The notes beneath the pieces are model-generated. The model ran no database searches. It was given only the letters and a program-made list of their open reading frames with translations, and was not told where the DNA came from. Both the position numbers and the translations under genes were made by a program. Shown here one piece after another: positions 49,752 through 59,270 of a stretch of DNA of 64,000 nucleotides. Origin of the DNA: Candidatus Hydrogenedentota bacterium. GTDB lineage: Bacteria > Hydrogenedentota > Hydrogenedentia > Hydrogenedentales > SLHB01. The stretch lies in assembly GCA_020849535.1 (NCBI GenBank), contig JADLGB010000142.1, positions 2,688 through 66,687 of the forward strand. Direction: 5' to 3'. Positions within the stretch are counted from its first letter, which is position 1. Each line of letters starts with the position of its first letter.

Positions 49752-52706
49752 TCAAGGCGCTTTGTACGTGATCGCCAAGTCAATGCGGCCTTCGAGCCCA
49801 CTCAGGTCAATGATTTCGCTCGTTGTTTCGAAGTGGGCGTGAGGATTGCCGTTGACGTGTACGCCAATCATCGTGAATCCAAGTGGCGCCCGGATTTTGA
49901 AGTAGACGTTCTTCGCGGAATTCCGATTGGGGAGCGAAATGCTCGCCTCGATGGTGTTGTGCGCGAGATGCGAGTCGATGCGGTAGCTCACGGGACCGAA
50001 GCAGGTCGGCGCGTTGGCGACGCGAATCGACTTGCCATCCTCAAGCCATTCGCGCGGTGTCGCGTGGGCGAGGTACAGCGATTCGGGCAAGCCTTTCTCC
50101 CGATCGAACGACTCGCGCACGAGCATGAGCCGCAGCGGGAGCAGGAAGGCGTTGTTGTTCGCGCTGCACGGGGTCCCGTAGCAGGAGCGGTAGAACTCGC
50201 CCGCGCGTTCGCCCACGGTCTCTCCTTCGCCCGAAACGTAGGTGCCGCGCGTCTGGCCGTGCGCTAGCTTGCCGTAGAACGTGAGGATGATCTGTTCGGC
50301 CTCATCGCGGTTCGCGATGAGTTGCAGGTAGTCGGGCAAATAGACGTTGTCGAAGCCGGTGGTGTAGTACCCCGGAAGGCCCTGCGCGCGATACGAGCCA
50401 ATCGGCGTCGGGTAATAATTGAAGCGCAGCAGACCCAGCAGGAAAGACCCGTGGTTGCGCATGAATCCCACGATGCGATCCATATCGCCGCCGTGGGGAT
50501 CCCAGAATCCCGACGCGAAGGCGTAGGGCATGCACAGGTTCCAATAACTGCCGAGCCGCGTCTCTGTCACGGGTGCCTCAATGGGCGCGTCTTCGAGCAG
50601 CATGCGCGGGATAAACAACGTGCCGTCGGGCATATCTTTCTGCGAGACCTTCATCGCCTGCGCAATCGCCTGCTGCAGGCCATTCGCCACCGGATAGTAG
50701 CGATCATACAGATCGTCGCGCCCAATCTCCTTCCAGATGACCGCCATATCACGCATCCCGCGCCATCCGAGCGTTTGGTGCCAGACGAAATAGGACACCT
50801 GCGGGATGTCCCCGCATTGGCGTTCCTTCTGCAGCAGGCCGTTCGGGTCCGCTTCGATCTGGCGGCGAAACTCCTCGCAGAAGGCCTCGTACGCGGGCGT
50901 GTTGCGCTCGATGAAGGCTTTGTCGCAGGTCAGGTGGTAGTAGTGCGCCGCGTGCGTCAGTTTCTCGGCCCGCTCCCAGTTCGCATAGTACTGGGCTCCT
51001 TTCGTCTGATTGACGAGATATTCGAGACCGTCCCGGTGCGCGTCAGGAAATCCATAGAGACCCAGCGTGGCCACCGCATCGCTGCTCTCGGGCTGGTAGA
51101 AGGAATCGTGATAGACCACCGCCCCGAGACTGTAGCGCCACCGCATGATGAGATTCTGAATAAGGAGGTTTTGTTGGACGTCCATCACGAGTTTTTCGGG
51201 GACGTTGAACTGAGCGCCCTTCACAAGCAGCGCATCCCAATACGCTCTCCATTCTGACTGCTTTTCGTCGTACAGGCGATTCACGGTTTCAGCGTCGAAA
51301 GTCAGCGGGCGTGTCGGATGCCAGATGAGTGTGCAGGTCGCGCTGTCACTATCCGCCTCCCATCGATCTTCTCGGCCTTCGTGTAGCAGCACGCCTGATG
51401 CAGCAAGACCTGATTCGCCACCCCTAACGAAGCGCAGCGTTGTCTTGGCCCCATCTGCGGGGTGCGCCGTGATGCGGACAAACGCGGCCAGTCCTTCCAC
51501 GCCATCGAGCGGCGACGCAAACGACTCCTGCGTGTACCGGATTCCCTGAGCATCCTCATAGGCGGCCTGCAGAATCGGGTAGTATCCGCCCTCCAGCACG
51601 GGATGTGCGAGCCGCTGCACGTCATGTCCGTACGGCTCAGTGGCATCCGCTCCGACGAAGACAGTGAGGTCATTCGTGTTGTCGTATCGGTCTGCGGTGA
51701 TGCGGCTGCCGTCAGCCACGGGGATGATATAAGGCGGTTCGCCGCCATCGAGCCCCCACAGGAGATTGTGAACCCCCAGCGTTTCGTTTGTGAATCCCGT
51801 CGAGTAGAACAGCGGCCGTAGGTAGTCCTTGACGCGGTCGTACGTAGCCCCACCCTCGGCGATGATGGTCTCGCCCCAGACATCTCTGCCTTCGCGCAGA
51901 GCCGCGTTAAGCGACCGCGCATACTCCGATTCCTCGACAGCCGACTCGCGGCGATCGGGAAATGCCCCGCGCGTCCGCTCGTACTCCGCGAGGACCGCTT
52001 GGGCATCCAGTGCGCCGTCGTACAGGCGCGCTTCCGCGATGGCGCCGTTGAAACAGTTGCCAATCGCTTTGGGAAGATTCGCGTAAGCGCCGAGGAGGAT
52101 TGGCGTGTCGTAGGCGTCTAGCAGCGCTGGGTCCACCGCCGCGTGCGTGGCTTCACTCCCGTTCACGTAGACGCGCGCCGTCGCGCCATCATACGTTGCC
52201 GCGAGATGATTCCAGTTGGATCCCCAGTCTACGCTGCTGGCTTCGGCTAATACCAAACGTCCGCCGGCGCTTCCGTAGAAGGCCACGGCATGCGGATGTT
52301 CGCGAGTGTCCATGAGAAAGAGCCCGTACTGATACCAGGGTTCCGTGTGTTGCGGCAGCGACTTCACAAGCAGCGGAACTTGGGACTCGATGGGAAGGTC
52401 TCCTGTGCGAAACCAGAGGCTGATGGTGATGTGCGTTGGATTCAGGCCTGACGAGGCATTCACCACGGCATGCGCGCCTTCTCCATCGAGGTAAATGTGC
52501 GGATGGTCAACGAGGTCCTCTTGGCGATGCAGCACCTTCGCACCGCGCAACGCCAGGTCGCGGCCATTGCCTGACGTGTCGCGCACGGTATCCACGTCCT
52601 CGGACGGCGCGATCCATTCGCCCAGGAGCGTTGGCCCTTCTGCGGCGAGGGTGCCTGAAAACAGCACAAGGACAAACAACGCATGCGCGCGCAGAGCGTA
52701 ATTCAT
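49752..52706 (-). CDS. secreted LamG-domain protein with large C-terminal putative glycoside-hydrolase-like region
   Basis: It has a signal peptide. The N-terminal LamG/concanavalin-like jellyroll motifs are ITISLWFRTGDLP and WNHLAATYDGATARVYVNGSE. The remaining ~700 aa are unassigned. ATG 52706 is preferred over GTG 52709. Confidence 0.7.
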   Translation of the reverse strand: MNYALRAHALFVLVLFSGTLAAEGPTLLGEWIAPSEDVDTVRDTSGNGRDLALRGAKVLHRQEDLVDHPHIYLDGEGAHAVVNASSGLNPTHITISLWFRTGDLPIESQVPLLVKSLPQHTEPWYQYGLFLMDTREHPHAVAFYGSAGGRLVLAEASSVDWGSNWNHLAATYDGATARVYVNGSEATHAAVDPALLDAYDTPILLGAYANLPKAIGNCFNGAIAEARLYDGALDAQAVLAEYERTRGAFPDRRESAVEESEYARSLNAALREGRDVWGETIIAEGGATYDRVKDYLRPLFYSTGFTNETLGVHNLLWGLDGGEPPYIIPVADGSRITADRYDNTNDLTVFVGADATEPYGHDVQRLAHPVLEGGYYPILQAAYEDAQGIRYTQESFASPLDGVEGLAAFVRITAHPADGAKTTLRFVRGGESGLAASGVLLHEGREDRWEADSDSATCTLIWHPTRPLTFDAETVNRLYDEKQSEWRAYWDALLVKGAQFNVPEKLVMDVQQNLLIQNLIMRWRYSLGAVVYHDSFYQPESSDAVATLGLYGFPDAHRDGLEYLVNQTKGAQYYANWERAEKLTHAAHYYHLTCDKAFIERNTPAYEAFCEEFRRQIEADPNGLLQKERQCGDIPQVSYFVWHQTLGWRGMRDMAVIWKEIGRDDLYDRYYPVANGLQQAIAQAMKVSQKDMPDGTLFIPRMLLEDAPIEAPVTETRLGSYWNLCMPYAFASGFWDPHGGDMDRIVGFMRNHGSFLLGLLRFNYYPTPIGSYRAQGLPGYYTTGFDNVYLPDYLQLIANRDEAEQIILTFYGKLAHGQTRGTYVSGEGETVGERAGEFYRSCYGTPCSANNNAFLLPLRLMLVRESFDREKGLPESLYLAHATPREWLEDGKSIRVANAPTCFGPVSYRIDSHLAHNTIEASISLPNRNSAKNVYFKIRAPLGFTMIGVHVNGNPHAHFETTSEIIDLSGLEGRIDLAITYKAP

Positions 52707-52842
52707 CACTGCTCCATTCGTGTTAAGTGGGAGTGCGGGTTCTGACTAAGCGAACACTATTTGCGGGCCATTTGTCCAGCCGCGGGACAAGAGAAGACTC
52801 TGGACGGCCACGCGGAATCCACCTTCAATCGCGCCGTGTTAC

Positions 52843-53751
52843 TTACGGCAACTGCTCCTGCAAAAACTCCAGGGTGAGCACTTCGAGGCTCTTGCCGCGG
52901 AGGCGGTAGTTCCACGCGGAGTGTCCGAAACCGTCCGCTTCGTAGAACTCGTTCGGGACGCCGATCCGGTCCAGGAAGAAGTTGAACCGTTCCGCTGATT
53001 GAAAGGGCGTCAAAAACACGTCGTCTTCGTTGCCGTGGCAGATCATCACGGGCGGGTCATTGGCGTCGATCTCGGAGAGCACGTGGTCGGCATTGCCCCA
53101 GAAGTGCACATAGGCGTTTACGCGCGCGGACACGCCGGGGTTGTTGAATTCGGGGATGGGGAATGACGGGCCATCCGACGCCCAGTCGCGGGAGTCCGTA
53201 ATCGCCACGCCAGCGCCCGCGATCGCGCCTGCGGATTCACCCAGGAACGCGATGCGGTTTGGATCGACGTTGTAGGAGGCGGCGTTCGCGCGCACGAAAC
53301 GTACTGCGGCCTTCGCGTCGACCGTGGCCGCGTGTGCGGCATCGGGCATGAAGGTCAGCTCCCAGTATGCGGGCGGCGTCGGCGGGTAATCGGTAATGAG
53401 CCGGTAGTCGATCGAGAATACCACGAACCCGCGGCGCGCGAAGTAGCTCGCCCATTCCACCATGCGGTCGCTGTCCTTCCCGTCTTCCAGGAAACTGCCG
53501 CCGTGCATGACAATGAGAGCGCGCCGCGCCACCTTGCCCTCCGGCGGCTCGTATACGTCGAGGTAGAGGGGCTGCTCCTCCCACGTCGTGGCGCCGGGGC
53601 CGGAGGCCACATTGCCCACCGCGTAGGGGACATTGTAGGTCACTTCGAGGTCAGCGGGGGGCTCGCCCGAATCGGGGCAGCCCGCGCCCGCGAGGATGAT
53701 AAACGCTAGCCCGCAGCCATACCACGCGATAGACAAGTTCCTGGCGCGCAT
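52843..53751 (-). CDS. secreted alpha/beta-hydrolase fold esterase/lipase
   Basis: Start moved to ATG 53751 (MRARNLSIAWYGCGLAFIILAGAGC, possible lipobox). It has the oxyanion motif VMHGGSF and the nucleophile motif LGESAGA. The long upstream extension of ORF ..54390 overlaps the divergent gene and is rejected. Confidence 0.8.
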   Translation of the reverse strand: MRARNLSIAWYGCGLAFIILAGAGCPDSGEPPADLEVTYNVPYAVGNVASGPGATTWEEQPLYLDVYEPPEGKVARRALIVMHGGSFLEDGKDSDRMVEWASYFARRGFVVFSIDYRLITDYPPTPPAYWELTFMPDAAHAATVDAKAAVRFVRANAASYNVDPNRIAFLGESAGAIAGAGVAITDSRDWASDGPSFPIPEFNNPGVSARVNAYVHFWGNADHVLSEIDANDPPVMICHGNEDDVFLTPFQSAERFNFFLDRIGVPNEFYEADGFGHSAWNYRLRGKSLEVLTLEFLQEQLP

Positions 53752-53923
53752 ATATTTCGTTGCTCCTCCATCCGCCGCGGCCGGAAATGGCACTGCGAGC
53801 GGATGTTCCTTCTCTTCAATTCTACGCGATGATCCGCGATCCCGCCAGTCGGTGAGGTTTGCCCGAGCAGGGTTGCCCATGTCATGCTGCCCCTTGTCGC
53901 TTAAGTCCGAAGGAGTACTGGCC

Positions 53924-56593
53924 ATGACTTCAGTAGTTGTTCCGCTGCTTTTCGCATTTGCGGCACAGGATTTGCCGTCCTGGGCCTTTGACGATCCAGC
54001 CGAGGCGCAGGCCTGGGTGCCGAACGAGCACGTGGCCAATGTTGCCGTGAAGGACGGGGCCCTTTGTGCGGATGCCGTGAAATGGGACCCGATGTTCTTC
54101 TGCACGGGTTTGTCGTTTCCGGCGACGCCGTGGCAGTACGTCGTCATTCGCGTGAAGGCCAGCCAAACCGGCAGCGGCGAGTTGTTCTGGACCGGCACGG
54201 AGGAAGGCCCGTTCGGCGGTTTCTCGCAGGAGCGCAGCCAACGGTGGGAAGTCGCGGGAGATGGGGAATTCCACGAAGTGCCCGTCTTTCCCTTCTGGCA
54301 GGCGGAGGGGACGATCAAGAAGCTGCGGCTTGACCTGTTCGATGGCGCGCACTTTGAAATTGACAGCATCTCTGTGCGCACGTGGGGCACGGATCAGGAA
54401 CCCATCACCGGGCTGTACTTCTGGAACTTCGCTTCGGGGAATCCCTGGCAGACTGTTCCCGGCGCCGCGGAGTCTTTCGCACCTCCGCTGAAGCTGCCGA
54501 TTGAAGATCGTCATTGGGTGACGGTCGAGTTGCAGTCGGACCGCGACGGCGCCGCAACGATCCTGTGGGCTTCTGAAGAGGTACCCGGTCTACAAAGTGA
54601 GTCTTTCGCGATCCGCAAGAGCGAGCGGCCGCTCGCCTACAACGTGCCAATGGAGGGCAATCGCGCGTGGAAGAGTCCACTGCTCGCCCTGGGCATTCGC
54701 CTGCCGGAAGACGCAGCGATCACCCTGCAGTCGATCAGTATCGGCGAGGAGCCCGACGGTCCACCGGAACTGGCGGCAACGTATTTCGGCTTTGAAAATG
54801 CGGTCAATCGCGCAGGCGCTCCGGTTTCGGTCTTCGTGCGCGTGAAGAACCTTGGCGGAGGCTTCAACGGGGTGCGCGGCGTACAGTTGATCGTGCCGGA
54901 GGGTCTTGCCATTTCTTCAGCGCCGGAGAAACCTTGGATCGAGGGTCTAGCCTTTGACGAGTACGCGGACCTCGCTTGGACCGTTGTGGCGGAACGCGCG
55001 GGCGTCTACACCGTGCAGGCATCGTTTGAGGGCAAGAATGCGCCGGAAGGCGTCGAGACCACGCTGGCCTTCACCGAACCCTTGAGCTTGCCGCAAGCAG
55101 ATTATGTGCCGGAGCCCCGGCCCGTCGAGACGACGATGGATGTCGCCGCGTACTACTTTCCGGGCTGGGAATCGGCCGCAAAATGGGACTGTGTCCGCGA
55201 GATCGCTCCGATACGTAAACCGCTTCTCGGCTACTACGACGAGAGCAATCCCGAGTGCGTGGACTGGCAGATCAAATGGGCCGCGGAAAACGGCATCACG
55301 GTCTTCCTCGTGGATTGGTATTGGATCAAGGGCAATCAGCACCTCACCCACTGGTTTGAGGCGTACAAGAAGTCGCGATACCGCGACAGCCTCAAGGTGG
55401 CGATCATGTGGGCCAACCACAATCCGCCAAACACCCACTCGCGCGAGGATTGGGTCAATGTCACACGCGAGTGGATCGACCAGTATTTCAGCATGGACAG
55501 CTACTACCGCATCAACGGCAAGCCCGCGCTCTTCCTCTGGGACCCGCGCAACCTCCGCAACGACCTCGGCGGCTCCGAGGGCGCGAAGGCCGCGCTCGAC
55601 GACTCGCAGCGGATGGCCCGCGAGGCTGGTTATGAGGGCGTTGAGTTCGTAGCGGTCAACACGGCTGAGTCTCCTGCCTTCGTGGAGATGCTCGCCGCCG
55701 AGGGTTACGCAGGCGCGACGAATTATCACGAGTGGGGCAGCGCCACCGATAATCTGCCCGCGCCGCAGCGGGCCCAATATGAGGATGTGGTCGCGACCGC
55801 CCCCGCGGCATGGGCACGGCGTGATGCCATGTGCGCTCCCCTTACGTACTATCCGCTCGTGGACACGGGCTGGGACTCGCGTCCCTGGCACGGCGACAAG
55901 TCTCTGGTCATCCAGGCGCGCACACCGGAACGATTCGAGCGTCTCTTGCGCGAGGCGAAAGCGTATTGCGATGGCCACGGGAAATCGCTCGTGATCCTGG
56001 GTCCGGTGAACGAGTGGGGAGAAGGCAGCTACATCGAACCCTGCACCGAATACGGATTCGCCATGCTCGAGGCTATCCGACGGGTCTTCGTGAAGGGTGA
56101 GGCGGCCTCGTGGCCGGTGAATGTGGCTCCGGGCGACGTGGGCCGGGGCCCCTATGATTATCCGCCTGCCGAAGCCGTCACGTCGTGGGACTTCAACACT
56201 GATGCGGGCGGATGGCGGAATATGATGGGACTGGGCAACTTCCGCGTGGAAGGCGGCGCCTTGTGCGCGAAAAGTGTGGACCGCGATCCCGCGATAGTGG
56301 TCAGCCTGACGAACGTTCGCGCTTCCGCCTTCACGGGGGCGGTGGTGGACGTGCGCATCGCCGGAGACATGCCTGAGGCGATCCAGGCGCAACTGTTCTG
56401 GACACGCGGCGCCGGCACCACGAGCGAAGCGGCCAGCGCGATCGTACCGTTGGCGCGCGACGGGCAATCCCACACCTACGCGTTCGACCTCGCCGCGCAC
56501 CCGCGTTGGCGAGGTTCCATCACGTCGCTGCGCTTCGACCCCTGCAATGCACCCGGGTTGGATATCGCGATTGATTCGTTCCGGTTGGAGTGA
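53924..56593 (+). CDS. secreted multidomain protein with GH99-like / WbsX-type domain
   Basis: ATG 53924, with AGGAG upstream. The central region YYFPGWESAAKWDCVREIAPIRKPLLGYYDESNPECVDWQIKWAAENGITVFLVDWYW matches my memory of the WbsX/GH99-like family. The N- and C-terminal beta-rich modules are unassigned. Confidence 0.65.
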   Translation: MTSVVVPLLFAFAAQDLPSWAFDDPAEAQAWVPNEHVANVAVKDGALCADAVKWDPMFFCTGLSFPATPWQYVVIRVKASQTGSGELFWTGTEEGPFGGFSQERSQRWEVAGDGEFHEVPVFPFWQAEGTIKKLRLDLFDGAHFEIDSISVRTWGTDQEPITGLYFWNFASGNPWQTVPGAAESFAPPLKLPIEDRHWVTVELQSDRDGAATILWASEEVPGLQSESFAIRKSERPLAYNVPMEGNRAWKSPLLALGIRLPEDAAITLQSISIGEEPDGPPELAATYFGFENAVNRAGAPVSVFVRVKNLGGGFNGVRGVQLIVPEGLAISSAPEKPWIEGLAFDEYADLAWTVVAERAGVYTVQASFEGKNAPEGVETTLAFTEPLSLPQADYVPEPRPVETTMDVAAYYFPGWESAAKWDCVREIAPIRKPLLGYYDESNPECVDWQIKWAAENGITVFLVDWYWIKGNQHLTHWFEAYKKSRYRDSLKVAIMWANHNPPNTHSREDWVNVTREWIDQYFSMDSYYRINGKPALFLWDPRNLRNDLGGSEGAKAALDDSQRMAREAGYEGVEFVAVNTAESPAFVEMLAAEGYAGATNYHEWGSATDNLPAPQRAQYEDVVATAPAAWARRDAMCAPLTYYPLVDTGWDSRPWHGDKSLVIQARTPERFERLLREAKAYCDGHGKSLVILGPVNEWGEGSYIEPCTEYGFAMLEAIRRVFVKGEAASWPVNVAPGDVGRGPYDYPPAEAVTSWDFNTDAGGWRNMMGLGNFRVEGGALCAKSVDRDPAIVVSLTNVRASAFTGAVVDVRIAGDMPEAIQAQLFWTRGAGTTSEAASAIVPLARDGQSHTYAFDLAAHPRWRGSITSLRFDPCNAPGLDIAIDSFRLE

Positions 56594-56653
56594 ACGCGCG
56601 TGGTCTACGTGAGGAAACGGGGTGGGAGAAGAAGAGAAGAACATACCCCTACA

Positions 56654-56812
56654 CCCCCTTCAAGGGGGACCAACGCAGCACTATGTTTGTGAATCAATCC
56701 AACATCCAGTGGCAACACAGAAGCTGTGGGCCGCCAAAACACGCGGACCGAAGGGCACGCGCTCTGCGTCCCCCTTTGAAGGGGGCAGGCCCGCAGGGCC
56801 GAGGGGGATGTG
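56654..56812. repeat. family D repeats (half unit plus full unit)
   Basis: CCCCCTTCAAGGGGG lies at 56654..56668. The unit CCCCCTTTGAAGGGGG + CAGGCCCGCAGGGCCGAGGGGGATGTG lies at 56770..56812. Compare 30271..30314. Confidence 0.75.
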
Positions 56813-56858
56813 AAGCCCCAGCGCGCAGTGTGTCGAACGCCGCATCGAGGAAGACGAC

Positions 56859-57503
56859 ATGAGCACTCATCCGATCCGTTCCACTAACGTATATGCCGCC
56901 GTCTTGCTGTTGGCTATTCTTGCCGGCGCCTGCGCGACCTCTGCGCGCACCGCATCACACGCCGATCTCGTGGAACTGGTGGACGTCATCCCGGACATCC
57001 TGCTCGATATCAAATACGCCACCACGGACAACTTCACGGGCAAGGTGGTGTATCCTGCCGCGCGATGCTTTCTCGTCCGCGATGCCGCGGAGGCGCTAGG
57101 TGACGTGCAAGAGGACCTTCGCCCCCTTGGGTATCGGCTCAAGGTGTTTGACGGTTACAGGCCGCTCTCCGTGCAGCGAATCTTCTGGAGCATCTTGCCC
57201 GACCCAGCTTATGTGGCGGACCCGGCCAAGGGGTCGCGCCACAATCGCGGGTACGCGGTGGATCTGACGCTCACAGACCTGCAGGGCCATGAAGTAGCGA
57301 TGCCTTCTGGCTACGATGACTTCAGCGAGCGAGCACATCGCGATTACCTCGCGCTCCCCGCGGAGGCCATTGGGCACCGCGAAATCCTGGAACAGATCAT
57401 GGTCCGCCACGGCTTCATCCCCTTGCCCACCGAGTGGTGGCACTTCGACTATCGGGGGTATGAGAACAAACCCAATCTGGATATTCCATTCGACGAACTG
57501 TAA
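56859..57503 (+). CDS. VanX/DdpX-type D-alanyl-D-alanine dipeptidase (M15D) with N-terminal export signal
   Basis: The motifs are IKYATTDNFTGKVVY, FDGYRPLSVQ, SRHNRGYAVDL (zinc ligands) and EWWHFDY. The N-terminus VYAAVLLLAILAGACATSA is hydrophobic. GAGGAAG lies upstream of the ATG. Confidence 0.85.
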   Translation: MSTHPIRSTNVYAAVLLLAILAGACATSARTASHADLVELVDVIPDILLDIKYATTDNFTGKVVYPAARCFLVRDAAEALGDVQEDLRPLGYRLKVFDGYRPLSVQRIFWSILPDPAYVADPAKGSRHNRGYAVDLTLTDLQGHEVAMPSGYDDFSERAHRDYLALPAEAIGHREILEQIMVRHGFIPLPTEWWHFDYRGYENKPNLDIPFDEL

Positions 57504-57510
57504 CCAAGCA

Positions 57511-58098
57511 TCAGGCCTCGCTACCGCCCGGAGTCTTTACGCGTGAAGGAGTTCTATCCGTCTTGGGCAGGTGCTGTTTCACTGCGTCCTCGAGCCCATT
57601 CATGGGATTGCCGTGCCACACGAGTTTGCCGTTCGAGTCGATGACGAAGGCATGAGGAATCGTGTTGATGTTGACGCCCAGCATGTATGCGATAGCGGTG
57701 AGCTGGTCGCGGTCAACGGCGACAGGATAGACCATCTTCGGGCCCTGCTCAGTCAGAAACTCCTTCACATATTCGGGATCTTCATCGGTAATGGCCACGA
57801 CTTCGAGACCTTGGTCCTTGTACTTTTTGTAAAGCTCGTTCAGGTGCGGGATCGCCACGCGGCACGGAGGACACCACGTCGCCCAGAATTCGACCACATA
57901 GACTTTGGTGCCTTTGCCTTCGGATAGAGCAATTGGTCCACCCTGGAGCCATTCCGCCAGTTGGAGTGCGGGGGCGGGGTCTCCAAGCTTCAGCTCCTTG
58001 ACCTCCTCATCGGCCTTGACCGCACCCGCCAGCGCAAACACGGTAGCCACGATGGCCAGGCACGCGAACGCCCCGTGGAATACATACTTCCAGATCAT
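57511..58098 (-). CDS. TlpA-family thiol-disulfide oxidoreductase (redoxin)
   Basis: It has a signal-anchor. The active site is EFWATWCPPCRVAIPHL. Confidence 0.85.
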   Translation of the reverse strand: MIWKYVFHGAFACLAIVATVFALAGAVKADEEVKELKLGDPAPALQLAEWLQGGPIALSEGKGTKVYVVEFWATWCPPCRVAIPHLNELYKKYKDQGLEVVAITDEDPEYVKEFLTEQGPKMVYPVAVDRDQLTAIAYMLGVNINTIPHAFVIDSNGKLVWHGNPMNGLEDAVKQHLPKTDRTPSRVKTPGGSEA

Positions 58099-58283
58099 AA
58101 CCCAGTCCTTTCCGGCGCAAGCGCGCCGCAGTCACTTCGGAGGATCAAACGCGCGAGGCGCCTCACTTCTTCCAAGGGAGCCGTTGCGTGGTCTGTCATG
58201 GGGTGTATTCAGGAGGTGGCTGGCACCATTTCAGGGCGGGGAATGGGAGATATGGGAACTATGGGAACTATGGAAGGCAACAC

Positions 58284-59195
58284 TTACAGGGATTCGCTGT
58301 CGCGGAGGCCGAGGCTCAGGTATATCTGCTTGGTGGCATCGGACTTATTGAGGGTGTAGAAGTGGATGCCTCTTACCTTGTGATCCAGCAGATCCCGGCA
58401 CTGTTCGGTGGCCCAGTGCACGCCGACCCGGCGGACCGCGTCGGGGTCGTTGCCGCCGCGCGCCAGCGCCCGCAGCAAGGGCGCGGGAAACCGTGAGCCC
58501 GCCGAAAGCTCGGCCATACGGCGCATGCCTGACACAGTTGTGATGGGCATGATGCCGGCCACGATCGGGACGTTGATTCCCGCGAGTTCGCACCGTTCGC
58601 GAAAATCGTAGAAATCGCGGTTGTCGAAAAAAAGTTGCGTGCAGATGTAGTCGGCTCCCGCGTCCACCTTGGCCTTCAAGTAGTCCATCTCAAGGAGGCG
58701 GTTTGGCGTGTCGGGATGGCCCTCCGGGAACCCGGCGACGCCGATGCCAAATCCGCGCGGGTCCGGGTGGCCTTCCGTCTCGGTGAAACGGCGGATGAAG
58801 CGCACCAGATCCGCCGCGTGCTTGAATACGTCGCGGGACCGCTCGTAGCCCTGTACGTTGCGCGGGGGATCGCCGCCGAGCGCGAGGATGTTGCTGACGC
58901 TCGCCTGCGCGTAGCGGCTCAGGATCTGGGTCACGTCTGCTTCGCTGTGGCACACGCAGGTCAGGTGCGGGATTGGGTCGAGGGCCGTTTCTTGCTTGAT
59001 GCGCACCACGAGGTCGTGGGTCAGCTCGCGCGTGGAGCCGCCCGCGCCGTACGTCACTGACACGAAGGAGGGCTTCAACGGCGTGAGTTCGGCGATGTTC
59101 GTGAACAACGAGTCTGCCGCTTCCGCGGTCTTGGGCGGAAAGAACTCGAATGAGAACGTCGTGGTACGGCTCGCGAATATGTCTTGGATATGCAT
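58284..59195 (-). CDS. metF: methylenetetrahydrofolate reductase
   Basis: Start moved to ATG 59195 (MHIQDIFASRTTTFSFEFFPPKT). The motifs are SVTYGAGGSTR, HLTCV and ICTQLFFD. Confidence 0.9.
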   Translation of the reverse strand: MHIQDIFASRTTTFSFEFFPPKTAEAADSLFTNIAELTPLKPSFVSVTYGAGGSTRELTHDLVVRIKQETALDPIPHLTCVCHSEADVTQILSRYAQASVSNILALGGDPPRNVQGYERSRDVFKHAADLVRFIRRFTETEGHPDPRGFGIGVAGFPEGHPDTPNRLLEMDYLKAKVDAGADYICTQLFFDNRDFYDFRERCELAGINVPIVAGIMPITTVSGMRRMAELSAGSRFPAPLLRALARGGNDPDAVRRVGVHWATEQCRDLLDHKVRGIHFYTLNKSDATKQIYLSLGLRDSESL

Positions 59196-59270
59196 GCAGT
59201 CAGCCTTGTACAGCGCCCGCGGATGGTATCCGCCGCGGGGGTGGAGCGTCAAACGCGTGCTTCGGCCAGG

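Noticed and set aside
53752-54390. 213-aa upstream extension of the esterase ORF 52843..54390 (related case: the extension 53696..53923 of the divergent gene)
   Set aside because: The extensions overlap each other and the divergent gene. Internal ATGs with signal peptides and an SD (53751; 53924 with AGGAG) give normal secreted proteins.
54947-56644. 565-aa ORF on the - strand
   Set aside because: It lies antisense to the GH99-like multidomain gene, and its composition is extremely Arg/Gly/His-rich. Shadow ORF.
3556-56812. Possibility that the recurring palindromes form a CRISPR array
   Set aside because: The repeats belong to several unrelated families. They occur singly or as inverted pairs in separate intergenic regions, with no regular repeat-spacer periodicity and no cas genes.
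56859-57503. VanX homolog as part of a glycopeptide-resistance operon
   Set aside because: No vanH, vanA/B ligase or vanRS genes are adjacent. It is treated as an orphan dipeptidase instead.
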